Positions 27,086 to 35,093 of a DNA stretch of 64,000 nt are shown here, in pieces. How positions within the stretch are numbered: position 1 is the first letter of the stretch; every line of letters starts with the position of its first letter. Position numbers and translations under genes: made by a program. Location of the stretch: NCBI GenBank assembly GCA_041394245.1, contig JAWKIR010000004.1, forward strand, positions 131,170 to 195,169. The letters run 5' to 3'. Origin of the DNA: Acidimicrobiales bacterium (lineage in GTDB: Bacteria > Actinomycetota > Acidimicrobiia > Acidimicrobiales > Aldehydirespiratoraceae). Below the pieces are notes generated by a model, which saw only the letters and a program-made list of their open reading frames with translations, did not search any database and was not told the origin of the DNA.

Positions 27086-28267
27086 GTGACCACTCCCGGC
27101 GAGACGGCGCCATTTCTGACCGAGCGCCTCCAGGGTTTCGGGACGACGATCTTCTCCTCGATGTCGGCGCTGGCCGCCGAGACCGGGGCGGTCAATCTGG
27201 GCCAGGGGTTTCCCGACACCGACGGGCCGCGTGAGGTCTCCGAGGCGGCGATCACCGCGATCCGCGACGGGCACAATCAGTACCCACCGCTCGCCGGGAT
27301 CCCGGCGTTGCGGGAGGCGATCGCCCATCACCGCAGCCATCACCGGGGTCAGGTGTTCGACCCCGACGAGGAGATCCTCGTCACCACCGGCGCCACCGAA
27401 GCGCTCGCCGCCTCGTTGTTGGCCCTGACCGGGCCCGGCGACGAGGTCGTCACGTTCGAGCCCTACTACGACAGCTATGCGGCCGGCATCGCCATGAGCG
27501 GCGCGTCCCGTCGGGTGGTGACCCTTCGTGGCCGCGAGTTCGCCGTCGATCCCGCCGAGTTGGAGGCGGCCGTCACCCCACGGACGAAGGTGCTGCTCCT
27601 CAACAGCCCGCACAATCCGACCGGCAAGGTCTTCGGCCTCGGGGAGCTCGAGACGATCGCCCGCATCTGTGTCGACCACGACCTGATCGTCGTGACCGAC
27701 GAGGTCTACGAACACCTCGTCTACGACGACCACCGCCACATCCCGATCGCGACCCTGCCGGGGATGGCCGAACGCACCGTCACGATCTCGTCGGCCGGGA
27801 AGATCTTCTCGTTCACCGGGTGGAAGATCGGTTGGGCGTGCGGCCCGGCGCCGCTGATCAACGCGGTCCGAACCGCGAAACAGTTCCTCACCTTCGCGTC
27901 GGGCGGACCCTGGCAACACGCGATCGCCGTCGGGTTGCGACTCGGCGACGATTTCTTCGACCGCTACACCGCCGAGATGGCGACCAAGCGCGAGCGCCTG
28001 TGCGCAGGCCTCGAGGCGGCCGGGTTCGACACGATCCGTCCCCAGGGCACCTATTTCGTCACGGTCGACATCCGGTCGGTCGGCGCGACCGACGGGATCG
28101 AGTTCTGCATGTCGCTGCCGACGACGGCGGGCGTCGTCGCCGTCCCCACGCAGGTCTTCTACGACAGTGTGGACGAGGGCCGACACCTCGTGCGTTTCGC
28201 CTTCTGCAAGAAGGACGAGGTGCTCGATGAGGCTGTCCGTCGGCTCGTCTCGGTGGAGGTGTTCTGA
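27086..28267 (+). CDS. Class I/II PLP-dependent aminotransferase (YbdL/DapC/kynurenine-aminotransferase-like)
   Basis: 393-aa ORF with a GTG start. Strings NLGQGFPD, NQYPPLAGIPALREAIA, NSPHNPTGKVF and the PLP-lysine region SSAGKIFSFTGWKIGW. Confidence 0.85.
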   Translation: MTTPGETAPFLTERLQGFGTTIFSSMSALAAETGAVNLGQGFPDTDGPREVSEAAITAIRDGHNQYPPLAGIPALREAIAHHRSHHRGQVFDPDEEILVTTGATEALAASLLALTGPGDEVVTFEPYYDSYAAGIAMSGASRRVVTLRGREFAVDPAELEAAVTPRTKVLLLNSPHNPTGKVFGLGELETIARICVDHDLIVVTDEVYEHLVYDDHRHIPIATLPGMAERTVTISSAGKIFSFTGWKIGWACGPAPLINAVRTAKQFLTFASGGPWQHAIAVGLRLGDDFFDRYTAEMATKRERLCAGLEAAGFDTIRPQGTYFVTVDIRSVGATDGIEFCMSLPTTAGVVAVPTQVFYDSVDEGRHLVRFAFCKKDEVLDEAVRRLVSVEVF

Positions 28268-29049
28268 TGCTGCGGATCGCGGCGATTCAGCACGACATCG
28301 TGTGGGAGCAGCCGGTGGAGAACTTCGCCGCAATCACCCCGATGATCGACATGGCGGTCGACGAGGGTGCCGGGATGGTGGTGCTCGCAGAGATGTGGTC
28401 GACCGGCTTCTCCATGAACTCGGTCGAGATCGCCGAGCGCCCCGACGGACCCACGGCGGCCTTCATGCACGAGACCGCTGCTCGGACCGGCGCATGGGTC
28501 GTCGGCTCGTTCCCCGAACACACCGACGGCTACGACCGGCCGACCAACCGGTTGTTGATGGCCGGCCCGAACGGGGAAGACCATCGGTATGCGAAGATCC
28601 ACCCGTTCACGTATGCCGGCGAGGATGCGCACTACGCGGCCGGGCGCGATCGGCTGACCGTCGAGATCGACGGCGTCCGCATCACGCCGCTCATCTGCTA
28701 CGACCTGCGTTTCGCGGACCTGTTCTGGGATCCGGCGCCGACCACCGACTGCTACCTCGTCCCCGCGAACTGGCCGGCGGTGCGGCGAGAACACTGGACG
28801 ACCCTGCTGCGGGCGAGAGCGATCGAGAACCAGGCGTATGTCGTGGGCGTGAACCGTGTCGGCTCAGCCGGCCGGCTCGACTACACGGGCGATACGCGGA
28901 TCATCGATCCGCTCGGCGCCGTCACCGAAGCACCGGCGAGCGAGATCGCCACGATCTTCGGCGACATCGACCCCGCCGAGGTCGCCCGGGTCCGCGCCGA
29001 GTTCCCCTTCATGCAAGACCGCGTCACGCAAGACCGCGGCAACACCTGA
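28267..29049 (+). CDS. Carbon-nitrogen hydrolase family protein (omega-amidase / YafV-like)
   Basis: 260-aa ORF whose ATG overlaps the upstream TGA (TGATG). Putative Glu-Lys-Cys triad contexts VVLAEMW, YAKIHPF, PLICYDLRF. Confidence 0.8.
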   Translation: MLRIAAIQHDIVWEQPVENFAAITPMIDMAVDEGAGMVVLAEMWSTGFSMNSVEIAERPDGPTAAFMHETAARTGAWVVGSFPEHTDGYDRPTNRLLMAGPNGEDHRYAKIHPFTYAGEDAHYAAGRDRLTVEIDGVRITPLICYDLRFADLFWDPAPTTDCYLVPANWPAVRREHWTTLLRARAIENQAYVVGVNRVGSAGRLDYTGDTRIIDPLGAVTEAPASEIATIFGDIDPAEVARVRAEFPFMQDRVTQDRGNT

Positions 29050-29052
29050 CCT

Positions 29053-29111
29053 CCCGGCTTTTCTGACGGCGCAATCGCGCCATACGGGATTCCGACGTCA
29101 GAAAAGCCGGG
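29053..29111. repeat. Perfect 16-bp inverted repeat (27-nt loop with nested hairpin) between convergent genes
   Basis: cccggcttttctgacg (29053..29068) pairs perfectly with cgtcagaaaagccggg (29096..29111). The loop contains a nested GGCGC-AATC-GCGCC hairpin. Confidence 0.8.
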
Positions 29112-29160
29112 GGGTGGGGTGGGGTGGGGTGGGGGGTTGGGTGGGGTCAGGGGGTGGGGG
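29109..29160 (+). repeat. G-tract array (GGGGT-type repeats), G-quadruplex-capable on the plus strand
   Basis: ggggggtggggtggggtggggtggggggttgggtggggtcagggggtggggg has at least 8 runs of 3 or more G. The last two runs encode the PTP C-terminus of the minus-strand synthetase. Confidence 0.8.
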
Positions 29161-30868
29161 CGAGTTCTTCGCGGAGTTGGCGCTTGAGGAACTTGCCGTT
29201 GGCGTTCTGGGGAAGCGGGTCGTCGCGGAACCAGACGTGTTCGGGGATCTTGAACTTCGCGATCCTCGGTTCGAGGAAGGCGGCGAGTTCGTCGGCGGTG
29301 AGCGACGCGCCGTCGGCCAGGAAGATCGCCACCCCGACGGCTTCGCCGAGGCGGTCGTCGGGCACGCCGAACACGGCGGCCTCGGCGACGGCGGGGTGTT
29401 CGTAGATCGCTGCTTCCACCTCGGCGCAGTAGACGTTCTCCCCGCCGCGCAGGACCATGTCCTTGGCCCGATCGACGATGTGGACGAAACCGTCCTCGTC
29501 GATGTGGACGATGTCGCCGGTACGGAACCAGCCGTCCTGGATCGCTTCGGCCGTCGCCTCGGGGCGATTGAGGTACCCCTTCACGACGACGGGGCCCTTC
29601 ACGCACAGTTCGCCGCGCGAACCGGCGGGCAGATCGTTGCCGTCCTCGTCGATGACCTTCGCCTCGATCGTCGGCATGATCAGGCCCGCTGACGTGGGGC
29701 GGAGGCTGAAGAAGATGTCGCCGACGGCGGTGATGATGCCGCTCGTCTCGGTGAGGCCGTAGCCGGTGCTCGGCTTCACGGCGCCCTTGGCATCGGCGAT
29801 CTTCTCGACCAGGTCGGGCTGCAGCGCCGCGCCACCGCCGCCCATCGACGCCATCGTCGACGTGTCGCGGATCTCCCAGTCGGGGTGCATGAGCATCTCC
29901 CGGCTCATGGTCGGGACACCGGTGAACGTCGCGACCTTCTCGCGCTCGATCAGCTCGAGGGCTCGACCGGCGTCCCACTTGTGCATGAACACGAGCTTGG
30001 CGCCGGTGAGGGTGCCGGGATGGAGGACACAATTGTTGGCCGTGACGTGGAACAGCGGTGTGGGGACCATGATCGCAGGGTCGGCTTCGGCGGCCTTTTC
30101 GTTGCTGACCTGACCGGCCTCGGCGAGCTTGCCCTTGGCGATCGCGGCGCTCGTGTTGGCGAACGCGAGGTGGAGGATGTTGTGCACCGATCCCCGGTGG
30201 GTGAGCTGGGCCCCCTTGGGAAAGCCGGTCGTGCCCGACGTGTAGAAGATGCAGATGTCGTCGTCGGGGTGGATGTCGGCCGTCGGCAGGCTCTCGGGGG
30301 CGTTGGCCGGGTCGACGACGTCGTCCCAACGGCTGGCGTCGTCGGGCAGCTCGCGATCGGACCGTACGGCGATGACGTGCATCGGCGCCTCGGCACGAAG
30401 CGAGTCGAGTACGGGGATCAGCCGCTCGAGCCGCTCGTCGTCGGCGATGACGACCTTGGGGCGGGAGTCGCTCAGGCCGTAATCGAGCTCGGCGCTGGTC
30501 CACCAGGCGTTGACGCCGACGGCGGCCGCGCCGAGCGAGATCGTCGCCCAGTAGGCGCAAGCCCATTCGGGGTAGTTGCGCATCGCGATCGCGACGCGGT
30601 CGCCCTTGCCGACACCATGGGTGTTGGCGAGGACGTCGGCGAGTGAGCGCACGATCGCGTGGGCCTGTGCGTACGTGATCATCTCGTCTTCGAAGACGAT
30701 GTAGGGCTTGTCGCCGAACGCCGCGGACATCTCCCAGAGCACCCGCATGTCGGGCGGCGCGGCGTCGAAGACCCGCATGGTCATGCCGCGCACTTCCTGC
30801 TCGGACCAGGCGAACTGGGCGCCGGGCGCAGTCAACTCTTCCCATGTGGACTTCAGAACGTCGATCAC
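29147..30868 (-). CDS. AMP-binding acyl-CoA synthetase / adenylate-forming enzyme
   Basis: Track ORF 29147..31003. Motifs YTSGTTGFPKGA, GYGLTE and FRTGDIVHIDEDGFVHIVDRAKD. The start is uncertain; GTG 30868 (VIDVLKSTWEELTAPG) was chosen as the first plausible start before the conserved N-terminus. Confidence 0.8.
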   Translation of the reverse strand: MIDVLKSTWEELTAPGAQFAWSEQEVRGMTMRVFDAAPPDMRVLWEMSAAFGDKPYIVFEDEMITYAQAHAIVRSLADVLANTHGVGKGDRVAIAMRNYPEWACAYWATISLGAAAVGVNAWWTSAELDYGLSDSRPKVVIADDERLERLIPVLDSLRAEAPMHVIAVRSDRELPDDASRWDDVVDPANAPESLPTADIHPDDDICIFYTSGTTGFPKGAQLTHRGSVHNILHLAFANTSAAIAKGKLAEAGQVSNEKAAEADPAIMVPTPLFHVTANNCVLHPGTLTGAKLVFMHKWDAGRALELIEREKVATFTGVPTMSREMLMHPDWEIRDTSTMASMGGGGAALQPDLVEKIADAKGAVKPSTGYGLTETSGIITAVGDIFFSLRPTSAGLIMPTIEAKVIDEDGNDLPAGSRGELCVKGPVVVKGYLNRPEATAEAIQDGWFRTGDIVHIDEDGFVHIVDRAKDMVLRGGENVYCAEVEAAIYEHPAVAEAAVFGVPDDRLGEAVGVAIFLADGASLTADELAAFLEPRIAKFKIPEHVWFRDDPLPQNANGKFLKRQLREELAPTP

Positions 30869-30948
30869 GAGCAGTATTGCTACCGCACGGTTGGTGCGAC
30901 GGCTAGCCCCTGATCCCCGACGGCCGATTTCGTGTCTGGATCTCGGAA

Positions 30949-32316
30949 TCAGGCGAGATGGATCTTCAGGAGCTGGTCGAGCCCGGCCTGTTGTGTCGCC
31001 CATTCGGGATTGCCGGCCAGATTCACGAACTCACCCGGATCGGCGGCGAGGTCGTAGAGCTCCATCTCGCCGGAGTCGAGGCGACCGAACTTCATCGACG
31101 GCAGTGAGGGATGATCGGGTCCGGTCACCACGCTGTCGTGGCCCGGCCACGGCTCGAAGAAGGTTCGGGCCTGGAGCAGGACGGAACGGTTCGCGAACAC
31201 CGGCGCGAACTGGCGAACGAGTCGCAGGTCGATGCCGTCGAGTTGGTGCGACGGGACGGCGCCGGCCACACCGACGACGGTGGTGGTGATGTCGGCCTGC
31301 GTGACGGGAACGGAGGTCTGGCCCGGAGGGAAGCCGGGACCGGTGACGAGCAGTGGTGTGCGCACGACCGGTTCATAGAGTGTGACCTTCTGGACCGCTG
31401 CGGGCACGCCGAAGGCCGCGCCGAACCGGTGTTCGCCGTAGTGCACCCCCTGATCCGACGACAGGATCACGATGGTGTTGTCGAGCTGACCGGATTGTTC
31501 GAGTGCGACGAAGAACTGTTCGATCGCGTCGTCGACTCCGGTGAGTACCTGAGCCTGTTGCATCTGTGCCCGTTCGATGTCGGCGCGTATCTCCGGTGTG
31601 ATCGGCGGGAGCGCCTGGATCCAGGCGGGCTTGCCGGTGACGTCTTCGTCGACCGGCACCGGCGACGGCAGGTCGGTCCAGAGGCCTGTGTGTTCGGGTC
31701 GGGGCTGGAGCTCGCCGGTTTCGGTGATGGTGTGCGGATGCTGGGGATTCCATGTCGCGAACCAGGGCCCACCACCCGCCGTCGCGAAGCCGATGAGCGC
31801 GTCGATCATGTAGTCGAGGTTGCGCCCGCCCGGTGCATAGGGCTGGGGTGGGACGAGTCCTTCGTCGACCTCGAAGGTGAACTCGTCGTGCCCGTTGGCC
31901 GTGTAGGTCGCCCAGGTGTCCCAGCCCGGCTGGATTCCCGTGCTCCAGTGGATCGAGGTGATGTATTTCCCGAAATGGCCCGTCCGATAGCCCGCCGCCT
32001 GCATCCATGGACCCCACGTCTTGGCCGCGTCGTGTCGGAGGGCCGTGAGATGCCAGGGCCACGGGTGGTTCTTCAGGTTGGTGCCGGTGAAGAGGCCGAG
32101 CCGGGTGTCGGTACACGCCCCGCCATTCGCTCGGGACTGGGTGAAGCGGTGGTTGAACCGCGCCATCGTCTTCGGCATGAACGCGAGCCCGTCCTCGCGC
32201 ATGTCGTCGAGATACAGCACCGCGATGTTGGTGCCGGGTATCGGTGGTCCCGTGCACGCCGTGAGCGCGAGGAATGCTGCAGAACCCGCCAGGAATCGCC
32301 GCCGCGTGATTGTCAT
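30949..32316 (-). CDS. Sulfatase-like lipoprotein with Tat-type signal and atypical active-site motif
   Basis: C-terminal 456 codons of track ORF 30949..33369. ATG 32316 opens MTITRRRFLAGSAAFLALTAC (twin-Arg plus lipobox Cys). Sulfatase patterns YLDDMR, SSDQGVHYGEH and ADITTTVVGVAG. The nucleophile region is GACTDTRLGLFTG. Confidence 0.7.
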   Translation of the reverse strand: MTITRRRFLAGSAAFLALTACTGPPIPGTNIAVLYLDDMREDGLAFMPKTMARFNHRFTQSRANGGACTDTRLGLFTGTNLKNHPWPWHLTALRHDAAKTWGPWMQAAGYRTGHFGKYITSIHWSTGIQPGWDTWATYTANGHDEFTFEVDEGLVPPQPYAPGGRNLDYMIDALIGFATAGGGPWFATWNPQHPHTITETGELQPRPEHTGLWTDLPSPVPVDEDVTGKPAWIQALPPITPEIRADIERAQMQQAQVLTGVDDAIEQFFVALEQSGQLDNTIVILSSDQGVHYGEHRFGAAFGVPAAVQKVTLYEPVVRTPLLVTGPGFPPGQTSVPVTQADITTTVVGVAGAVPSHQLDGIDLRLVRQFAPVFANRSVLLQARTFFEPWPGHDSVVTGPDHPSLPSMKFGRLDSGEMELYDLAADPGEFVNLAGNPEWATQQAGLDQLLKIHLA

Positions 32317-32415
32317 CGCGCGGAAGGTACAACGGCGACCCGATCTCCGCCATAGGGAAGAACGGACGGCATTGCAACGGCGTTCTCGGGAGCGGATCAC
32401 TCGTAGAATCCGCAG

Positions 32416-33327
32416 ATGACGTTGCCGTTCCGGATCAGTGAGGAAGTGCAGTCCGCCCGAGCCGACGGTGTTGCGATCGTGGCGCTCGAGTCGACGATCT
32501 TCAGCGGTCTCGGGTTGCCGTCGCCGGCGAATGTCGAGTGTCTCGCACGGTGCGAGGCGGCGATTCGAGCCGGAGGAGCGGTTCCGGCGCTGACCGCGGT
32601 GATCGATGGCGCCGGCGTCGTGGGAGTCGCCGACGAAGAGGTCGAACGGGTCCTCGCCGGCGCGACCAAGGTCGCGGCCCGGGACCTCCCGCACGCCGTC
32701 GCAGCCGGCCTCGACATCGGGGTCACGACCGTCTCCGCGACCGTGACGCTCGCCGCCGCTGCGGGCGTGCAGGTCTTCGCAACGGGAGGGATCGGAGGGG
32801 TGCACCGGGGCGCGGGGCTCACCGGCGACATCAGCCACGACCTCGTCGCCCTTTCGCGTCACCCGGTCGTCACCGTGTCGGCGGGGGCCAAGGCGTTCCT
32901 CGACCTGCCGGCGACGCTCGAGTATCTCGAGACGCTCGGAGTCCCGGTCGTCGGCTGGAGGACGGACCGCTTCCCGGCGTTCTACACCCGCGACAGCGGG
33001 GTTGCGGTTCCCGCATCCGTCGATTCCGGCGCCGAGGTGGCGGCCATGCTCGCCGGCGCCGTCGCACTCGGGCATCCGGGCGGCGTCTTGGTCGCGAACC
33101 CGATCCCGGAGTCTGCCGAACTCGATCCCGCCCGCATCGCCGCCGCACTCGATGCGGCGCTCGCCGAGGTCGATGTCCGCGGCCTGCGGGGGCCGGCCGT
33201 GACGCCACTCGTCCTGGCGGCGATCGCCGATGCGACCGGAGGCGACAGTGTTCCCGCCAACCTCGCGTTGGCCGAGAACAACGCGATCGTCGCGACCGAG
33301 ATCGCCGCGGCGATCGCTGCAGCTTGA
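32416..33327 (+). CDS. psuG: Pseudouridine-5'-phosphate glycosidase
   Basis: 303-aa ORF. Strings VALESTIFSGLGLP, VFATGGIGGVHRGA, DISHDLVAL, VVSAGAKAFLDLPATLEYLETLGVPV and NLALAENNA are typical of the PsuG/IndA family. Confidence 0.85.
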   Translation: MTLPFRISEEVQSARADGVAIVALESTIFSGLGLPSPANVECLARCEAAIRAGGAVPALTAVIDGAGVVGVADEEVERVLAGATKVAARDLPHAVAAGLDIGVTTVSATVTLAAAAGVQVFATGGIGGVHRGAGLTGDISHDLVALSRHPVVTVSAGAKAFLDLPATLEYLETLGVPVVGWRTDRFPAFYTRDSGVAVPASVDSGAEVAAMLAGAVALGHPGGVLVANPIPESAELDPARIAAALDAALAEVDVRGLRGPAVTPLVLAAIADATGGDSVPANLALAENNAIVATEIAAAIAAA

Positions 33328-33866
33328 TGGCCGAGGGTCGCGACTGGACCCGGAGCCAGTTCGAGGCATGTCCCGACTGCGGTGCCGACGCTGCCGCGGT
33401 GGACGACCGCGCTCTGGGGCCGGAGATCGTCCGCGAGGTGGCCCGGTGGGGTCGAACGGTGGCGGCGGCCGATCCGGTGATGCTCCGCCGGCGACCGGCT
33501 GCCGAGACCTGGTCGGCGCTCGAGTACGCGTGTCATGTTCGCGACCTGTTGCCGGTGATGGCGGCGCGCGTCCAACGGATGCTCGAGGACGACTGCGCCG
33601 AGCTCGGCTGGTGGGATCACGAGGCCGCCGCTGTCGAAGACCGCTACAACGAGCAGGTCCCCGTGCTCGTCATCGAGGCGATGACCGCCAACGCCCGCGC
33701 CTTCGCCGCTTCGCTCGCTTCGGTCGAGGGCGACAGCTGGGACCGGTCGGCCGAACGTCGTCCCGGCGAGCATTTCACCGTGCGGGGCATCGCCCGGTTT
33801 GTCCTGCACGAGGTGATCCATCATCGTGATGACGCGACCCGCTCACTGAAAGGGGTCTTCCCATGA
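33327..33866 (+). CDS. DinB-family (DinB_2 / MDMPI_N-like) metal-binding protein
   Basis: Tail of track ORF 32538..33866. ATG 33327 overlaps the psuG TGA. WSALEYACHVRD and FVLHEVIHHRDD supply the His triad pattern of the DinB fold. An N-terminal CPDCG motif is also present. Confidence 0.6.
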   Translation: MAEGRDWTRSQFEACPDCGADAAAVDDRALGPEIVREVARWGRTVAAADPVMLRRRPAAETWSALEYACHVRDLLPVMAARVQRMLEDDCAELGWWDHEAAAVEDRYNEQVPVLVIEAMTANARAFAASLASVEGDSWDRSAERRPGEHFTVRGIARFVLHEVIHHRDDATRSLKGVFP

Positions 33867-35074
33867 CCGCCAGCCCCGACGAACTGCTGCTCAAGGTGAT
33901 GATGGATCCGGCCGCGATCGCCGATCCGCATGCGATCTACAAGGAGCTGCGGGAGACCGCGCCCATCTTCCGGACGGCTGTCGGCGACACCTGGGTCGTG
34001 TCCGGGTTCGAGAACTCGAGGGCACTGCTGCGCGATCCACGCTGTGGCAGCCCGATGGACGACGACTCGTCGGTGTCGCGCATCGCGGTCGACGGGTCCG
34101 AACGGCGGTCGCGTGCCGGCGACGCCCGGCCGATGCTCTTCATGAACCCACCTGATCACACCCGCGTCCGCGGTCTGGTCAGTCGGGCGTTCACCCCTCG
34201 TCGCGTCGAGCAGCTTCGTGGCGAGGTGGTCGAGATGACCGACGGGCTGCTCGACGACCTCGGTGGTGAAGGGGACTTCGTCGATGCGGTGGCGTTCCCG
34301 CTCCCGGCCAACGTGATCAGCGCCCTGGTGGGCGTTCCCGAAGAGGATCGCGACTGGCTGCGCCCACTGATCGCCGACCTGGTCCCGACCCTCGAGCCGA
34401 CTGCGACCGCAGAGATCATGGAGAAGGCCGACATCGCCGGCGCGAAGGCCGGCGAGTACCTCGCCGAGTTGATCGCCACCCGTCGGGCCGATCCCAGAGA
34501 CGACATGTTGTCGGCGCTCATCCAGGCGAGCGATGGCGAGGACCGCCTGTCCGAGGCCGAAGTGCAGTCCAACATCTTCCTCATCTACGCCGCCGGCTTC
34601 GAGACCACCACCCATCTGCTCGCCAACATGGTGCGCCAGTTCGTCGCTCATCCCGATCAGCTCCGGAAGGTGCGAGCCGACCGCTCGCTGATTCCCAACG
34701 CGGTCGAGGAAGTCCTCCGCTTCGATCCGCCGGTGCAGCTCGACGGACGCTACGTCTTCGAAGACATCGAGATCGACGGGGTCACGATCGAGAAGGGTTC
34801 GTCGATCATCACCCTCCTGGCCGGCGCGAACCGCGACCCGGCGGTGTGTGCCGACCCCGAGACCTTCGACGTGACCCGCGACGACATCCAGCTCATGTCA
34901 TTCGGCTCGGGGATCCACTACTGCCTCGGTGCGGCCCTCGCCCGGCTCGAAGCCCAAGTCGTGCTCGACCGCCTCCTCGACCGCTACGAGCACTGGGAGA
35001 TCACCGCAGAGCCGACGTGGCAGACCCGTATCACCATCCGCGGCGTCCAGGGCCTCGACGTGAAGTTCCGCTGA
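33863..35074 (+). CDS. Cytochrome P450
   Basis: 403-aa ORF with an ATGA overlap with the upstream gene. I-helix AGFETTT, EEVLRF (ExxR) and heme loop FGSGIHYCLGAALARLE. Confidence 0.9.
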   Translation: MTASPDELLLKVMMDPAAIADPHAIYKELRETAPIFRTAVGDTWVVSGFENSRALLRDPRCGSPMDDDSSVSRIAVDGSERRSRAGDARPMLFMNPPDHTRVRGLVSRAFTPRRVEQLRGEVVEMTDGLLDDLGGEGDFVDAVAFPLPANVISALVGVPEEDRDWLRPLIADLVPTLEPTATAEIMEKADIAGAKAGEYLAELIATRRADPRDDMLSALIQASDGEDRLSEAEVQSNIFLIYAAGFETTTHLLANMVRQFVAHPDQLRKVRADRSLIPNAVEEVLRFDPPVQLDGRYVFEDIEIDGVTIEKGSSIITLLAGANRDPAVCADPETFDVTRDDIQLMSFGSGIHYCLGAALARLEAQVVLDRLLDRYEHWEITAEPTWQTRITIRGVQGLDVKFR

Positions 35075-35093
35075 TGCCGATACAACTTCTTCC

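Noticed and set aside
26165-28333. 722-aa minus-strand ORF spanning the aminotransferase region.
   Set aside because: It is Arg/Pro/Gly-rich with no motifs, and is antisense to a PLP aminotransferase with clear family signatures. Only its far 3' neighbourhood (26272..26910, a different frame) is coding on the minus strand.
29109-29160. Whether the G-rich repeat array could be a CRISPR array or a telomere-like replicon end.
   Set aside because: The period is only 5-6 nt with no spacers, there are no cas genes, and the array is embedded between ordinary convergent chromosomal genes. I report it only as a G4-capable tract.
32317-33369. Upstream 350 aa of the 806-aa ORF 30949..33369.
   Set aside because: It is antisense to psuG with shadow composition. 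The sulfatase-like protein has its own Tat/lipoprotein signal starting at ATG 32316.
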